DNA from: Felis catus
Taxonomy: Eukaryota
Assembly: GCF_018350175.1 (NCBI RefSeq)
Contig: NC_058368.1
Coordinates: 145,640,001 to 145,704,000 of the forward strand
Direction: 5' to 3'
DNA: 64,000 bases
Every line of letters begins with the position of its first letter. The first letter of the stretch is position 1. The position numbers were made by a program, and so were the translations under genes. The notes beneath the pieces were generated by a model. That model saw nothing but the letters and a program-made list of their open reading frames with translations, was not told the DNA's origin and did not search any database. Below are positions 23,930 to 37,842 of the stretch, piece after piece.

Positions 23930-24947
23930 TGGAAGTGCATTTAGGAAGAACTTTTGTAGATAAGCCTTCTTGAACAGAGGGAATACAAAAGGTTGGATAT
24001 ATACTGTGAACACAAGAAAGCCTAGAAATGGGCTGTGATACACTGTTTTTCATGTCCAGAGCCCAATCTGTGAAAATTTGTCAGGTAAGCAACATTTGTT
24101 CACATGTTATTCAGCCCTCAGATATCAACTAGCCTAAGTTTGTTTTTTGCCTTCTCAAGTGCCTCATTCTGGTTTCCTGATTGAGTTTTTCTACCTGAAA
24201 CACCAGCTTAGACCATGCAATGATGCCAGTATTGGGTGCCAAAAATTTTGGTGAACTATTCAGGGAGATACCTTGGATGTGTTTTGAGAAGGGGTCTACT
24301 GACTCTCCTTGCATCTAGTTTCTGTCTTTATCAATGGAAGATATGAATGTAACCAATTACCATGATGGTTAAGGTGATAATACTGACTAGAAGTACCCCT
24401 CACCTTTCATGAGAAAATTCAGAGCCATGGGTGAATTATGTTGAGGAATTGGGCTGCAAGAACTTCTGTTTACCCACAAGATGGTTTAAAATATTCTAAT
24501 TGAAATTACAATCCCTATGCTCCATTCCTTACCAGAATAGACATTCTTCTAGTGGAGATGCCAACCTGATCCAATCCAAATTCAGTGTCATTCCTAGAAT
24601 AGCTAACAACCACTGCTAAATATTTCTCAAGTAAGCCCTGCTAAGAATAGTGTCTTACTTGTAGAGCTCTGACATGAGGAACTTAACACCCTATTGGAGT
24701 CAGATAAGCTGACATTTTTTTTGAGAGCTTTGTCCAAGTGACACTGAGAAGGTTGGAGTCTGAGAAAGACTCAGGTTGACTGGGAGTCTGTGACATGGCA
24801 TTGAGTGATGCTATATGAGACCGGAAGTGACTGTGGGCATGCCTAAATGCTGAATTGACTACCTGTCAGTGCCTTGGGCATGAAAGCAACTTTAGTGAAC
24901 TGTCCAAAAATCAAATTAAAGTTTCATTTTTACTATCTTGCAGTTCT

Positions 24948-25061
24948 TTTTTGTCTTTTTTCTTTCTTTTTCTTTTTCTTTTTTTTACTTTTTTTTTTTT
25001 ATTTGAGAGAGAGAAAGGGAGAGAAAGAGAGTGCACATGAGTGGGGGAGAGGGGCAGAGGA

Positions 25062-25115
<54 letters not shown>

Positions 25116-25229
25116 TCTTAAGCAGGCTCCATGCTTAGTGTGGAGGGACTTGATCCCACAACCCTGGAATCATGACCTGAGCCAAAATCAAGAGTTAGAC
25201 GCTCAACTGATGGAGCCATCATATGCCCC
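24948..25229 (-). mobile_element. Can-SINE with long (GA)n
   Basis: TSD ctatcttgca(g/t)ttctt at ~24933 and ~25229. Confidence 0.88.
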
Positions 25230-25815
25230 TATCTTGCATTTCTTAAACATTAGTTGGTACTCTATGATACCTCTCCTACTTGTTCTGCTACAGTTTGTTG
25301 AAAAGTTAAAGCTCCATCTTGCTTCTTTAAGCCAGAAAAACATGTTTTATTCTTAGGAATTTCAGTTTACAAGGACTTATGATTAGTCCCCAAATTTATT
25401 ATAACCTTGCACCTGATATAGTGTTTGATCTTCCCAAGGACTTTGAAAGATAAAGAATTATCATCCCATTTCTATTAATGAGAAATGGAGGCTCAGATAA
25501 GATACTTATTCATGCTTCGTATTTAGTAAATAGCAGATTTTGACCTAGACCCCAGGTCTTTGGAATTCCTTGTGTGATATTCCCATTATTTAATCCAATT
25601 TTTTTCCACATACCTAAGTGTCCAAGGGCTGGTCCCCCTCCTCCTCCTGCTCATGTGTCTATCCACTTTAGTTTGGCAAGAGAAAAGGGCCTTGGGGCTA
25701 GGAATGGGTCTCTAACCACAGCACAATATTTGAGGCAAGTGTTCTAATTTTTCCTAGTACCAAAAAGGATCATTTCTATAATATTTCTTATATGATTCTC
25801 TGTAACCCATGAGAG

Positions 25816-25821
<6 letters not shown>

Positions 25822-25877
<56 letters not shown>
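25822..25877 (+). repeat. (TA)n plus poly(T)
   Basis: Read directly from the sequence. Confidence 0.95.
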
Positions 25878-26817
25878 GTCTTTTGTCTGAAGTACAAACT
25901 ATTGTTTCAGGATGGCTGCATTTGTTTAACATAGATGGTTTGTGTTTAGACTGCCTGTGCTTTCTTCTCTGGCCTAAATTATTCCTTCCAAGTTGGAATG
26001 TTTTTTCTTCTTTGGCATCCATTAAAAATCATCAGCAACATGGCCACCCTCCAGAAACACTTCTGTAATGCCAACCGCAGGACTTGACGTCTAAAAATAA
26101 GAATTGAAAATGAGATTTAAGTTAATGCCCAGAAAGAAATCTTTCCATGTGTCTTTACTAAAATTTGGTAAAACCTATTCTAGGGAAAAGTGTGAAATAC
26201 ATGAAACCTTTCTTGCTACTTTTTATAAAAACTTTGGCTGAGTAATTACTGAGAGCTCATCCTTTTCGATCTGTCTCCTATTAGCCACTTCTCATCTTCT
26301 AACTTAAGGTTATGTAAGTTCAGAAGAGATTCTCGTTCTATCCAAGCCCACAGCTGATCAGGCTTACTGGGAAGAAGCAGGGCTCCTCAATGATGATTCC
26401 CAAGCTCTTGAAGTTTATATTTTCATTTCACCATCATTTCTGCTTCCTTTATGGAACTGATTAAATTCACCAAATGATGAAACATGAATAAAATAGTTTG
26501 GGAATAGTGTGGGCAGTTTAAAATTTCTTTGACATTTAGCGGTGAAACTGTAAAAATTTTTTTAAAATATCAAAATCAATTAGCTGGGATTTCTTCACCC
26601 TTTCTTCCATCTAACCCCCCCTGCCTTCCAGTTCATTCCATAAGAATGATTATATCCTAAAATAAACCATTCTTAGTTGCCTTTTACGTCTTTACTCAGC
26701 TTTCCTCTATGTTTTTCATCTTCTGATTTTCAAGTACACAGTCTAATGATAAAGCCCTGTATAGCCAGTCCAATCATTTGTAATTCTTCAAATGCTCCAA
26801 ATCTGGTGTGATACTCG

Positions 26818-26878
26818 CCCTCCCTCCCTCCCTCCTATCCCTCCCTCCCCCCTTCCCTGTCTTTTTTCCTTCCTTTTT
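26818..26878 (+). repeat. (CCCT)n polypyrimidine tract; (GGGA)n on the minus strand
   Basis: ccctccctccctccctcctatccctccctcccccc. Confidence 0.85.
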
Positions 26879-27341
26879 GTGCACAAACTAACATAGACAT
26901 TCTTAGGGCAGGCTGTTTGGGATTAGTGATAGTTACTGTTACCTTTTCTAGAAGATGTAGAAATAGAAGTCAGGCTGAATCCAAAGATGATACACTAAAC
27001 CCATTTAATATATAATGATTGCTGACTTTTTTTCTTAATGCATTTTCTTGTTTTCACAGCTTTTATATGTGGTTTGAAGAGTGTTATGGACCTCAATCTG
27101 GAGAACAGGCGGGCAGTTCTGCAGCTGTTCTCGCTCTTCAATAGTCTGTAGACCTCATGATACCACATTTCCTGCCCTGACTCAGATTTAGATTTAGATT
27201 AATGGATTTAGTCACTCAGCCAGGTTCGGAATGTGTCAGCCTTATTGCTACTTTAAAAGAGACCTTGGTTTCTTTATTTTAAAGTTGACTATCTTAGTCT
27301 ACTGTGAATTATTGTGGATTTTTACAAACTTAAAATTTAAT

Positions 27342-27551
27342 GGGGCACCTGGGTGGCTTGCTTGGTTAAGTGTCCCACTTCAGCTGAGGTCATGATCCAT
27401 GGCCTATGAGTTCCAGCCCCATGTTGGGCTCTGTGCTGACAGCTCAGAGCCTGGAGCTGCTTTGGATTCTGTGTCTCTCTCTGTCTCTGCCCCTCCATTG
27501 CTTGCTCTCTCTCTCTCTCTTTCTCAAAAATAAATAAAACATTTTTAAAAA
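27342..27551 (+). mobile_element. Can-SINE
   Basis: TSD aaaatttaat at 27332-27341 and 27557-27566. Confidence 0.92.
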
Positions 27552-27944
27552 GCCCCAAAATTTAATTATTTTTTACCCAGAATAATTTTGTTCTCTCTTG
27601 GTCTTTGAGACTCATATTTCTGGCATACTTTCTCTTATGTGCACAAATTATGTCACAAAATTATGGATTTTAAGCTTATATGGCAGCCCTTGGGCTGTTT
27701 CTGTATTTTTTTCAATAAGGCAGTCTTAGCTTCCATTCCAGGCTGAACCTAGACTGATCAGTTTTCAAAATGTTGAGTGTTCCCTTGCCAAGGAGACCAT
27801 GGCAGGACCCACTGAACCAAAGGGAAGATTCACAAGTCTGTGGTTCATAGCTCATATTTTTGGGGAGTTTTTTTGGTGGGGTTTTTGGTCTATTTCCTTT
27901 CCTTTCCTTACTTTTTATTTCATGTTTTGCCCTATTGGACCCCT

Positions 27945-29195
27945 ATTTTTTTCAACTTTATTCAGGTATCATTGACAAATAAAAAGTATATATTTAAAGT
28001 AGAATGTGTTAATTTTATATACTGTGAAATGATTACCACAAAGTGTGTGTGGCAAGATACTTAAGATTTATTCTTTTAGCAAATTTCAAGTATACATTAC
28101 ATTATCATTAAGTACAGTCATCATGCTGTACAGTAGGTCTCCACATGTACTCATACCTGAGCCTTTGTACCCTTTAACCAACATTTCCCCGTTTCTCCAC
28201 CCCCCAGCCTAGAATAATTACCATTCTCTCTGCTTCTGTAAAAAGTTCTGTTCAACTTATAAGTGGTACCAGGCAGTATTTGTCTTTCTCTCTCTGGTTT
28301 ATTTCACTTAGCATAATGTCCTCAGTTCAACCATGTTGTTGCAAATGACACCATTTCTTTCTTTTTTAAGGTTTAATAATATTCCACTGTGTGTGTGGAA
28401 TTCATCTGTTGACAGACACTTAGGTTGTTTTCATATCTTATCTATTGTAAACAATTCCTGTGTCCTGGGAGTGCAGATAGCTCTTTGAAGTAGTGATTTT
28501 ATTTCCTTTGGATTTATACCTAGAAATGGAATTGCTAGATTATATGGTAGTTCTATTTTTAATTTTTTGAGGAACCTCCTTACTGCTTTCCATGAAGGCT
28601 ATGCCAAAATACATTCCTACTAAAGTGTAAAAGTGTTCCCTTTTCACCACCACATCTTTGCCAAAACTTGTTATATTTTGACTTTTTAATAATAATCATC
28701 CTACTAAGTGTGAGGAGATATTTCATTATGGTTTTGATTTGCATTTACCTGATGATTAGTGATGTTGAGCACTTTATCATATACCTCTTGGCCATTTGTA
28801 TATCTTATTTGGAAAAATATCTATTTAGGTTTTTTGCCCACTTTTTACTCTGGGTATTTGTTGTTGCTATTGTTGTTTTTTGTTTATGTTTGCTGTTGAG
28901 TTATATGAGTTCTTTATATATTTTGTATACTAATCGCTTGATGGGTATATGGTTTGTAAATACTTTATTCCATTGCATAGGTTGCCTTTTCATTTTATTG
29001 ATTGTTTCTTTTGCTATGCAGAAGCTTTTTAGTTTGATGTAATTCCAATTGTTTATTTTTGCTTTTGTTGCTTGTGCTTTTCATCTGAAATCCAGAAAAT
29101 CATCACCAAAACTGATGTTGATCAGCTTTTTCCCTATGCTTTTTTCTAAGAGTTTTATGGTTTTATGTCTTATGTTTAAATTTTTAACCCATTTT
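27945..29195 (-). mobile_element. older L1 (L1MA-like) 3' region; resumes at ~31175-31305
   Basis: Antisense L1 3'UTR and ORF2 C-terminus (ggtagttctatttttaattttttgaggaacctcc; gatgattagtgatgttgagc). Confidence 0.85.
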
Positions 29196-29589
29196 TAAAA
29201 TTTTAATTCCATTGTCATTAACATACAGCATTATATTTGTTTCGGGTGTACTATATAGTCATTCAAAAGTTCCTTATATTGCTCAGTTTTCTTCAAGATA
29301 AGTGTATTTGTAATCCCCTCCACCTGTTTCCCCTATCCACTACTCCCACCTCCCCTTTGGCCACCATCAGTCTGTTCTCTATAATTAAGAATCTATTTAT
29401 TTGGTTTATCTCTTTTTTCCTTTGTTCATTTGTTTCTTAAATTCCACATATGAGTGAAATCATATGATATTCGTTTTTCTCTGACTGGCTTATTTCTTTC
29501 AGCATTATACTCTTGGATCCATACATGTTGTTGCAAATGTCAAGATTCCATTCTTTTTTATGGCTGAATAATATCCCAGTGTGTGTGAA

Positions 29590-29620
<31 letters not shown>

Positions 29621-31165
29621 ATCACATCTTTATCTATTTATCTATCAATGGGTTGCTTCCATAATTTAGCTATTGTAAACAATGTTGTGATAAGCATAAG
29701 GGTGCATATATCCTTTTGAAGTAGTGTTTTTGTATTCTTTGGGTAAATACCAAGTAGTGTGATTACTGGTTCATAGGGTAGTTCTATTTTTAATTTTTTG
29801 AGGAACCTCCATACTGTCGTCCACAGTGGCTGTACCAGTTTGCGTTCCCACCAGCAGTGCACAAGAATTCCTATTTCTCCATATCCCCACCAACACTTGT
29901 TTCTTGTGTTTTTTTTATTTCAGTCATCCTGATAGGTATGAGACGGTATTTCATTGTGGTTTTGGTTTGCATTTCCCCGATGATGAGTGATGTTGAGCAT
30001 CTTTTTGTGTGTCTGTTGGCCATGTGTATGTCTTTTTTGGAGAAATGTCAGTTCATGTATTTTGCTCATTTTTTAAATTAGGTTATTTGTTTTTTGGTCT
30101 TGAGTCATATCACTTTTTTTTAATATATTTTGGATTCTAAACCTTTATTGGATATATCATTTGCAAATCTATTCTCCCATTCAGTAGGTTGTCTTTTGGT
30201 TTTGTTGCTTGTTTCCTTTGCTGTGCAGAGCTTTTTATTTTGATGCAGTCCCAGTAGTTTATTTTTGCTTTTGGTTCCCTTTCCTCAGGAGACATATCTA
30301 GAAAGATGTTATGGCCGATGTCAGAGAAATTACTGCCTGTGCTCTCTTACAAAACTTTTATGGTTTCAGGTCTCATATTTAGGTCCTTAATTCATTTTGA
30401 GTTTGTTTTTGTGTTTGGTGTAAGATAGTGATCCAGTTTCATTTTTTGCATGTAGCTGTCCAATTTTCTCAGCACCGTTTATTGAAGAGACCTGCCTCTT
30501 TCCCATTGCATATTCTTGTCTCCTTTGTTGAAAATTAATTGACCATATAATTGTGGGTTTATTTCTGGGCCTTCTATTCTGTTCCATTGATCTATATGGC
30601 TATTTTTGTGCAAGTTTCCGTGCTGTTTTGATTACTATAGCCTTGTAATATAACTTGAATTAATCTGGAATTGTGATGCCTCCAGTTTTGTTTTTTTCTT
30701 TTTCAAGATTACTTTGGCTATTCAGAGTCTTTTGTGGTTCCATACAAATTTTAGAATTTTCATTCTAGTTTTGTGAAAAATGCTGTTGGTATTTTGTTGC
30801 ATTGAATATGTATATTGCTTTGGATAGTGTAGACATTTTCATAATATTTGTTCTTCCAATCCATGAGCATGGAATATCTTTCCATTTCTTTGTGACATCC
30901 TTAATTTCTTTCATCAATCTTTTATAGTGTTTAGAGTACAAAGTCTTTCATCTCTGGTTAAGTTTATTAGTAGGTATTTTATTATTTTTGGTGCAGTTGT
31001 AAATGGGATTGTTTTCTTAATTTCTCTTTCCATTGCTTCATTAGTAGTATATAGAATTACAACAGATTTCTGAATATTGATTTTGTATCCTGCTGCCTTA
31101 CTGAATTCATTTATCAATCCTAGTAGTTTTTTGGTGAAGTCTTTAGGGCTTTCTCTATATAGCAT
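29196..31165 (-). mobile_element. younger carnivore L1, 5'-truncated (~2 kb), nested in the older L1
   Basis: ORF2 remnants LYRESPKDFTKKLLGLINEFSKAAGYKINIQKS and [30 protein letters not shown]. Carnivore-type 3' end ttaacatacagcattatatt. Confidence 0.9.
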
Positions 31166-33516
31166 TTAGTATTTAGTTTTAGGTCTTATGTTTGAATTTC
31201 TAATCCATTTGACTCGATTTTTGTGTATTTGTGTATGGTGTGAGGTAAAGGTCCAGGTTTCATTCTTTTCCATATAGATATCCATTTTTCCCACCACCAT
31301 TTATTGGGTAAGGTCCTGAGATGCATCCACCTGTAGGCAGCTCATATCCTGTAGGATGGTACACCATTGGTCTTCACAGATGATCTAGCACATAGTTTGG
31401 ACTCATTTGGAACATTTGGCTTGTCAGAAACATTTTTCCTCAGTGTTTTAGCATGTGCCTTGTATGGGAAATTTAATCCAGATGTGTCGAAGATTCATTT
31501 ACACTTAAATCATTAAAGCATTGTTCACAGTTTTTGATGTCTCACAAGTTTTTTGACTTTTTCCAAATCATCCTAAATGCTTTGCCAAGGGCAAATCTAA
31601 TGCCCAGCACTAGACAATTCAGGTTTTTTTCTTGAGTCTAAAACACTTGCTTGCATCTCAGGGAATTTATTTTTATTTTTAGCAGTCAGCATCTACCTGC
31701 TCCTGTTTCTAAGTGTCTCAGGGGAGTGGAGCTCTGGAAGGGTAAAATATGATTTGGCATGATTTATACATCTGGCCCCAATCTGGGCCTGTTTTCTAAG
31801 TTGGCAGGAGATACAGGATGTGTTTTACTTTCATCTACCTCTGCTTCATTGGAGACATTGTGTGATGCAAACCCCGGACGACTGTGAGTTCATCTGGTCA
31901 AGGAAATGGAAAGGAAGAAGCCTCTCTTCATTGTAAGGATTTGGGATAAACATATTAAAGAGCATGAATGTTCAGAGAAGTATTATGCTTCTGTTGTTTC
32001 TAAGACAAGAGCTAACCCGCCACTCATTGGGGGTTTCCTCATTGGGGGTTAGTGCTGGCCCTAGGGTAATGTAGTGATGCAGGGAGGGCTGCCACCAAAA
32101 GGAACATCTTTTAATAAATTTCTCCTTCTTGTTGCCCTTTGGCATTTACCTTTAACTCTTTCCCTCTGCTCAGAAACTGGCCCAGGTCTAGGCCAGGTCT
32201 AGGAAAACTTGAGATAAATTAAATCCTATGAAGTTCCTACTGAGAACATGCCACTTCCCTAGGCCAGGTGACAACATGAGGTGACAGATGACAAATGTCT
32301 CTTTTATTGTTTTTGAGTGGAAGTCTTTCAACTACCCTCCAGTCACCCAGGGAGTATGGGAAATGTAGGAAATGTCCTACACTTGGGACAGAATGAGGCT
32401 GACCTTTCTTTGCTGATTGGCTTGCCTTTGTGCTGAAGCAGTGTGTATGGCCCCACTTGTTGCCTGTGTGATTCTGGTCTTTTATCCGTGGGTTGAAGTT
32501 CTCACCTCTGTAATGGGAAATTTAGACTAGTTCAGTCATTATATCTACACCTTTCATTTTATGTCACTTTTTCTGAGGATAGTCAGGCCTCAGAAATTAT
32601 TCAGCTTCAGGTTATTTGGGAGAGGGATACAGTCTTTTTCTGGCTATCCCTACTTGTGTGTCTACTACATTTTTGGGAATTCATGTAAGTCAGGTTAGCC
32701 AATGACAATGTCAGACTTTTTTGGTGATTACTGGTCACTTCCAACAGTTATAGGTAATTGGGAACTGGATAGCTCTTTCCCTCACCCTAGTTACCAGGTG
32801 TTAGGAATAGTGAAAGCAAGTCTCAGGCAGAATTCTACCATAATTTAACATTTATTAGCAAGCAGTTATGTAATTGGCTTGAGGAGGTCTTTGTCTTTCT
32901 AGGCACTCATGCCAAACACTTTGGATATATATTCATTTCAAGGCAGATGAAACAGTATTCTTGAAAGGGAAAAAAAGCCGCCTAGTTTGAACAGACAAAA
33001 ATGTCCTTCCTCAAGTGGTGGAACACTGGACCAGATCTAGGGTCTCACATTGAGGGGGAATGTGACAAATTTTCATACTTTGTTCATGCAAAGTTTAAGG
33101 TGTCTGCATACAATTTCCATCTGACCATTATCTAGAACACCTGTTATTTCACCAATGAAAATATTATTTAACACGTTTACATGGGTTATATCTTCTAGTG
33201 CAGATTTGGAAAGCCACACTGAAAGCTGCTTACAGTAGGCTTCTCAGAGAATGCCTGATTAAATGAACACCCTTTGAGGAGTTCACGTTAAAGTTCTCAT
33301 ACAAATCTATTGCCCTGTTTTTGTGCAAGGGGTTTAGAATAAATTAGACATTATAACATAGCATTGCAAACTGATAATTTTTAAGATCCTATCAATAAAG
33401 ATGTGATTAGGCTCCTTCTATACATATGGAAAAGACTAAAATGATAAATTAAAACAGTTTTGAACCCTGGCTAGAAGATTTTTCATAGTTCCTTAACTTA
33501 ACATCCAATAATATCT

Positions 33517-33726
33517 GGGGCACCTTGGTGGCTCAGTCGGTTAAGTGTCCAACTTTGGCTCAGATCATGATCTCACAGTTCGTGGGTTCGAGCCCCACAT
33601 CGGGCTCTGTGCTGACAGCTCAGAGCCTGGAACCTGCTTTGGATTCCATATTTCCCTCTCTCTCTGCTCCTCTCCTGCTCACACTCTGTCTCTCTCTCTC
33701 AAAAATAAAATAAACATTAAAAAAAA
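33517..33726 (+). mobile_element. Can-SINE
   Basis: ggggcaccttggtggctcagtcggttaag head, (CT)n tract and A-tail. Confidence 0.92.
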
Positions 33727-33771
33727 TCTAACAATATCACACTGATCTCAGGCATGTGCTGTTTGTTATGT

Positions 33772-33995
33772 GTTTATTTTATTTTATTTTGATTTAATTT
33801 TTGAAGTTTATTCATTTATTTTGTAAGAGAGGGAAAGCACACGCAAGCAGGAGAGGGGCAGAGAGAGAGGGAGAGAGAGAATCCCAAGCAGGCTCCACAT
33901 TCCACATGCAGGGTTTGATCTCACAAACCATGAAATCATGACCTGAGCAGAAATCAAGAGTTGGATGCTTAACCAACCGAGCCACATAAGCACCC
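33772..33995 (-). mobile_element. Can-SINE, tail-to-tail with the previous copy
   Basis: T-rich tail then ...catgacctgagcagaaatcaagagttggatgcttaacc. Confidence 0.88.
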
Positions 33996-34884
33996 TAGAT
34001 ATTTTCAAAGTCTTAAAATGAAATATTTTTGAAAAGTTATTTTGATGGTTTTTAAGATGATATAAAATGCCATCTTTGTGAAACCATGTATTTGTATAAG
34101 GCAATGTGTTTTAGTCACAGCAGGGAAATTTCATCTAACTCTTTCAAGCATGACTGTTACATTTGTTAAGAGTATGGTAATTCTATTTTCATAGTAGAAG
34201 ATTCTTTTATTCTGTCATTATGTGATTTTTAGATACAAAACTAATTTCTGTCATGTCTTGCCAAAAAAAATTGGCCACATTTCTAAGCAATTGCATTATT
34301 ATTCATACTCTGAGCATTTTTTTCTATTATATAAAGGTCTCCCCTTTGTCAGCCATGCACAAATCCTGACTTCAGATTAGATAGATGTATAATGTGATGG
34401 TTAAATGTGGAGGCAGGATGGTCTGCCTCATTCCTCTGTAATTCCCCCTGAGTGCCTACTATGTACCTGTTTTCTATGCCGAGCACAGGATTGGATATGT
34501 GAATGTAGCAATAAGCCAACAGATGTGCCCTTAGTCTCCTGGGGCTACAGCCAAGTACCAAAGGAGAGATGTGCATTGGTTTAATGGGCCAGATGACACT
34601 GGCCCACTCTGAGTTCCATTGTGAGGTCAGAGGTTATCTTGCTAATTTTGTTGTCAACAAGTGTTATGTGTGGGAGCGGGGGGGAAATATGACAGCAATT
34701 AATTCTGTGTGTAAAATACTGTGTACATATAATCACATATACAAAGACAGAATGAAACAATCTTCTATGTGCCAGGCACACGTAGAAGTCTCCCTGGGGG
34801 ATTGCACACACACTTTTAAAGCTTTAAATGCTACCCTTATGCTGATGGTTCCAAAATATTAGTCTATAGTTCTCTTTTTTCAGA

Positions 34885-35330
34885 CTTGTGCATGAAAATG
34901 CCTTCTGGGCCCTCCATGTAGGTATGGCTCAAGAACCTCAAATTTAAGGTGAACCAAGGTGTTGCCCATCTAGATGTGTGTGCCTCAGTTAATGGTAGAC
35001 CCAGTCCTGAGGCAGAAACTTGGGAGCCATTCCAGTCTTTTTCCAGTCTTTTCAGGTCTATGTCCAATCCAGTATTAAATTCTACTGATTCTGGTTCCTA
35101 ACTTGTGATCATTACCTCTTCTTTATCCCTATTATTTCTGTTTTAGTGCCATGCCTTTATTGTAGACCACCTTGAGAAATAAAAGAACCACCTGTCTGAT
35201 CTGCATCCTTCCATTTATCATTCTCAAAGTCAAACTCCACATAGCCCAGAGGAGATTTATTACAAACACAAATACAACCAGGCTAATTTTTTGTGATGTC
35301 TCTTCATTGGCTCTACCCCAATTATGGCAG
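34885..35330 (+). mobile_element. L2 fragment
   Basis: cctcaaatttaag...cagaaacttgggagccat...tccaatcc...ttctactgattct matches sense L2 motifs. Confidence 0.55.
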
Positions 35331-36002
35331 CAATGTTCATACCATGGGTGGGAACCCATCAGTGGGTTATGAAATCTATTTAGTCATTTGTGATCAGAGC
35401 TTTAAAGAAAGTTAAATAGGATACATTAGGATAGAATAGACTAGAAAACAATGATTCTCCCACAGAGAGGGTAAGTGATGCTTGCAAATCTTTTGTTGGA
35501 AATGTGTGTGTGTATTACTGGATGACTTTGAAAAATGCACTTCATTTTTTCTTTTTAACTGGAAATCCTGATGTAACAAAAATGAAAGTTGTGGAGGCTC
35601 CTTTGTGGACAAGCAGAAAGGGAAAAGAGAGACTCTCACAAGGGGATATGGGGAGGGGGCTGGTAAATATGGGCAGGCCCTGGACCAGCAAGAACACCTC
35701 AGAGGAGGCTGCATGGTGTGTTGTTTATCACAAGGTCTCCAACCATGGCAAAGTCTGCTGATCCCCAAGAGAGGCCAGGAGGTGGCAGAGCTTCTGGCCT
35801 GATGGAATCATTTGGGCTGAGAAATGAAACATCTGAGCAGAATCCAGAGTGCCAGAGCAGGGCAAGTGTGGATGAAGAAGGTCTCCCAGTGTCCTGAAGC
35901 TGTGTAAGGCTCAGCCCTGAGTGGTAGGGAGTCCAAAAGCAACTGTGTTACATTTACTGGGAGCTTGAGCTGTACTTAAATCGATTGATAGAAAATGGGA
36001 GA

Positions 36003-36236
36003 GGGGTGCCTGGGTGGCTCAGTCGGTTAAGCATCCAACTTCAGCTCAGGTCATGATCTCACAGTCCATGATTTCAAACCCCGCGTCAGGCTCTGTGCTG
36101 ACAGCTCAGAGCCTGGACTCTGCTTTGGATTCTGTGTCTTCCTCTCTCTCTGCCCCTCCCCTGCTCATGCTCTGTCTCTCTCTGTCTCAAAAATAAATAA
36201 AAACATTTTAAAAAATTTAAAAAATAATAGAAAAAA
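36003..36236 (+). mobile_element. Can-SINE
   Basis: TSD agaaaatgggaga at 35990-36002 and 36237-36249. Confidence 0.93.
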
Positions 36237-37842
36237 AGAAAATGGGAGAAGTGTCCCCTCTTACCCACCTAGGTTTGTAGACTGTTCCATGGCTGTCATA
36301 TTATCTTTTTGTTGTTGTTTTATATTTGATATTTTTTTTCTTATCTCATGAATAGCTGACATTTATATAAGTTAGTGCCCTTGTGTACATAAGGTTGACC
36401 CCCCAATGCCATTTTTATTTTACAAATGAGAAAATGGCAACCTAAAAAACCTGCCCTAAATTCTCGCTGAAGTGCTGGAATCTGGATTTAAACCCAAGCC
36501 AACTAGATTTGGAGCCCATGCACTCACCCCTACACCATCTTGCCTTACCTGTGCTGGGTCACTTGTGGATGCCATCCCTTTGAGGACCTTGCCTTGTGGT
36601 CTTGTCTTCTTTCCAGGGCCGACCTCAGTGAGGGCCATCAGAGGTGATCAACAAATATGAGTTGGCACTAATGGATGGCACTTACCTTCCCGTGGAAGGA
36701 GACCAGCTTCTCAGTCTTAGCCTCCACCTGACATTGTTTGGCCAGAGGAAAAAGGTGGTTCAAGATGAACTCTTTTCTATCTCAAGCCTCCCACTCTCCT
36801 GCCCTTTCTGCTGCCTGCACAGCCATGGGGAGAACGATAGCCAGGTTATCTGCAAGCTTGCTGTGTGTCCTTGTTAAGGTTTTGGTCTTTGAGGTTCTGT
36901 GAGAGGGTGCCTCATGAAGAGCCAAGGGCATTCCAAAACTGAATCCTGCTTTTACTCTCCTTTCCCTGACACACTCTAGCATTACTCCCAGGAGTGTCCT
37001 TAGTCCTTGGGGACAGGAACTCAGCAGATTCCCAGATGAAGAGCAAGGAGGTTTGGGGGTATGACGGTCAAAGAAGGAATCCCTGAGAAAGGTTTTGCTT
37101 ATGATCTCTCATACTTAGAAGTCTCTCCCAGTACCGAGAGATAAGGCCCCCCTAGAAAGCCAGATTCCCTCTCAAACTCACACTCTTGTTTCCTGGGGAA
37201 GAGGATGCATTCAGCTTTTATGACTTGATTTGAAACCATTGAAACTGAGTGTGCCATCAGGGTGGGAGCACTCTAGGCAGGAGCTGTCTGCACAGGAAGG
37301 GCCTTACTGCACACCATACCAGGGCCTAGCCAGGGGTGACAGAGGGGTGATTCAGGCCCATCTAGGGCCATTACTCTTCGCCAATCCAGGAGGAAGATGT
37401 GTGACTGAGGGCATTTGTAGCTCCAGGGCCAGAAGACGAAATACGAACCACTTCTGTTTTCTTGCCTTGTTATTGACAAAGCCAAGAAGTGGATTGAGCT
37501 GAAGTCTGGGAGATAGTAGAGCAAGCTGTTTCTGGAAGGTCCCCACAGGGCCATGGGACTTTTTCTGCTGACCACTGTCAGGCTCACTCCAACCTGTTCA
37601 GTGTCAGAGATGTCAACCTCTTTTCCAAATTAGAGCAACTCATCAAACATGACCACAGGCTGAATCACCCTCTTCCTGAGGATTCAACCTTAGTTGTTTG
37701 GGATATTGAATTGGGTGGTTTCTGAAAAGTGCTCATACAGCTGCAGATGATGCCAGGGGTATCTATCGTAGCTATGTGCTGAGCACTCGATTCTACAGCC
37801 GGTGTGCTGGCCATACCCTCAAGCAGGTTAAGGAGTATTATT

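Noticed and set aside
24874..25356. Longest ORF in the window (160 aa) and similar DRERQSMNGGGAERE ORFs elsewhere
   Set aside because: Translations of antisense Can-SINE T-tails and (GA)n tracts.
28668..29042. Hydrophobic 124-aa ORF resembling a membrane protein
   Set aside because: Antisense reading of L1 ORF2, a well-known artefact.
32023..32203. Short direct repeats (ctcattgggggtt x2, ccaggtctagg x2), and the 17-bp repeat at 18929-18974
   Set aside because: Only 2-3 copies with no spacer architecture. Ordinary slippage duplications, not a CRISPR-like array.
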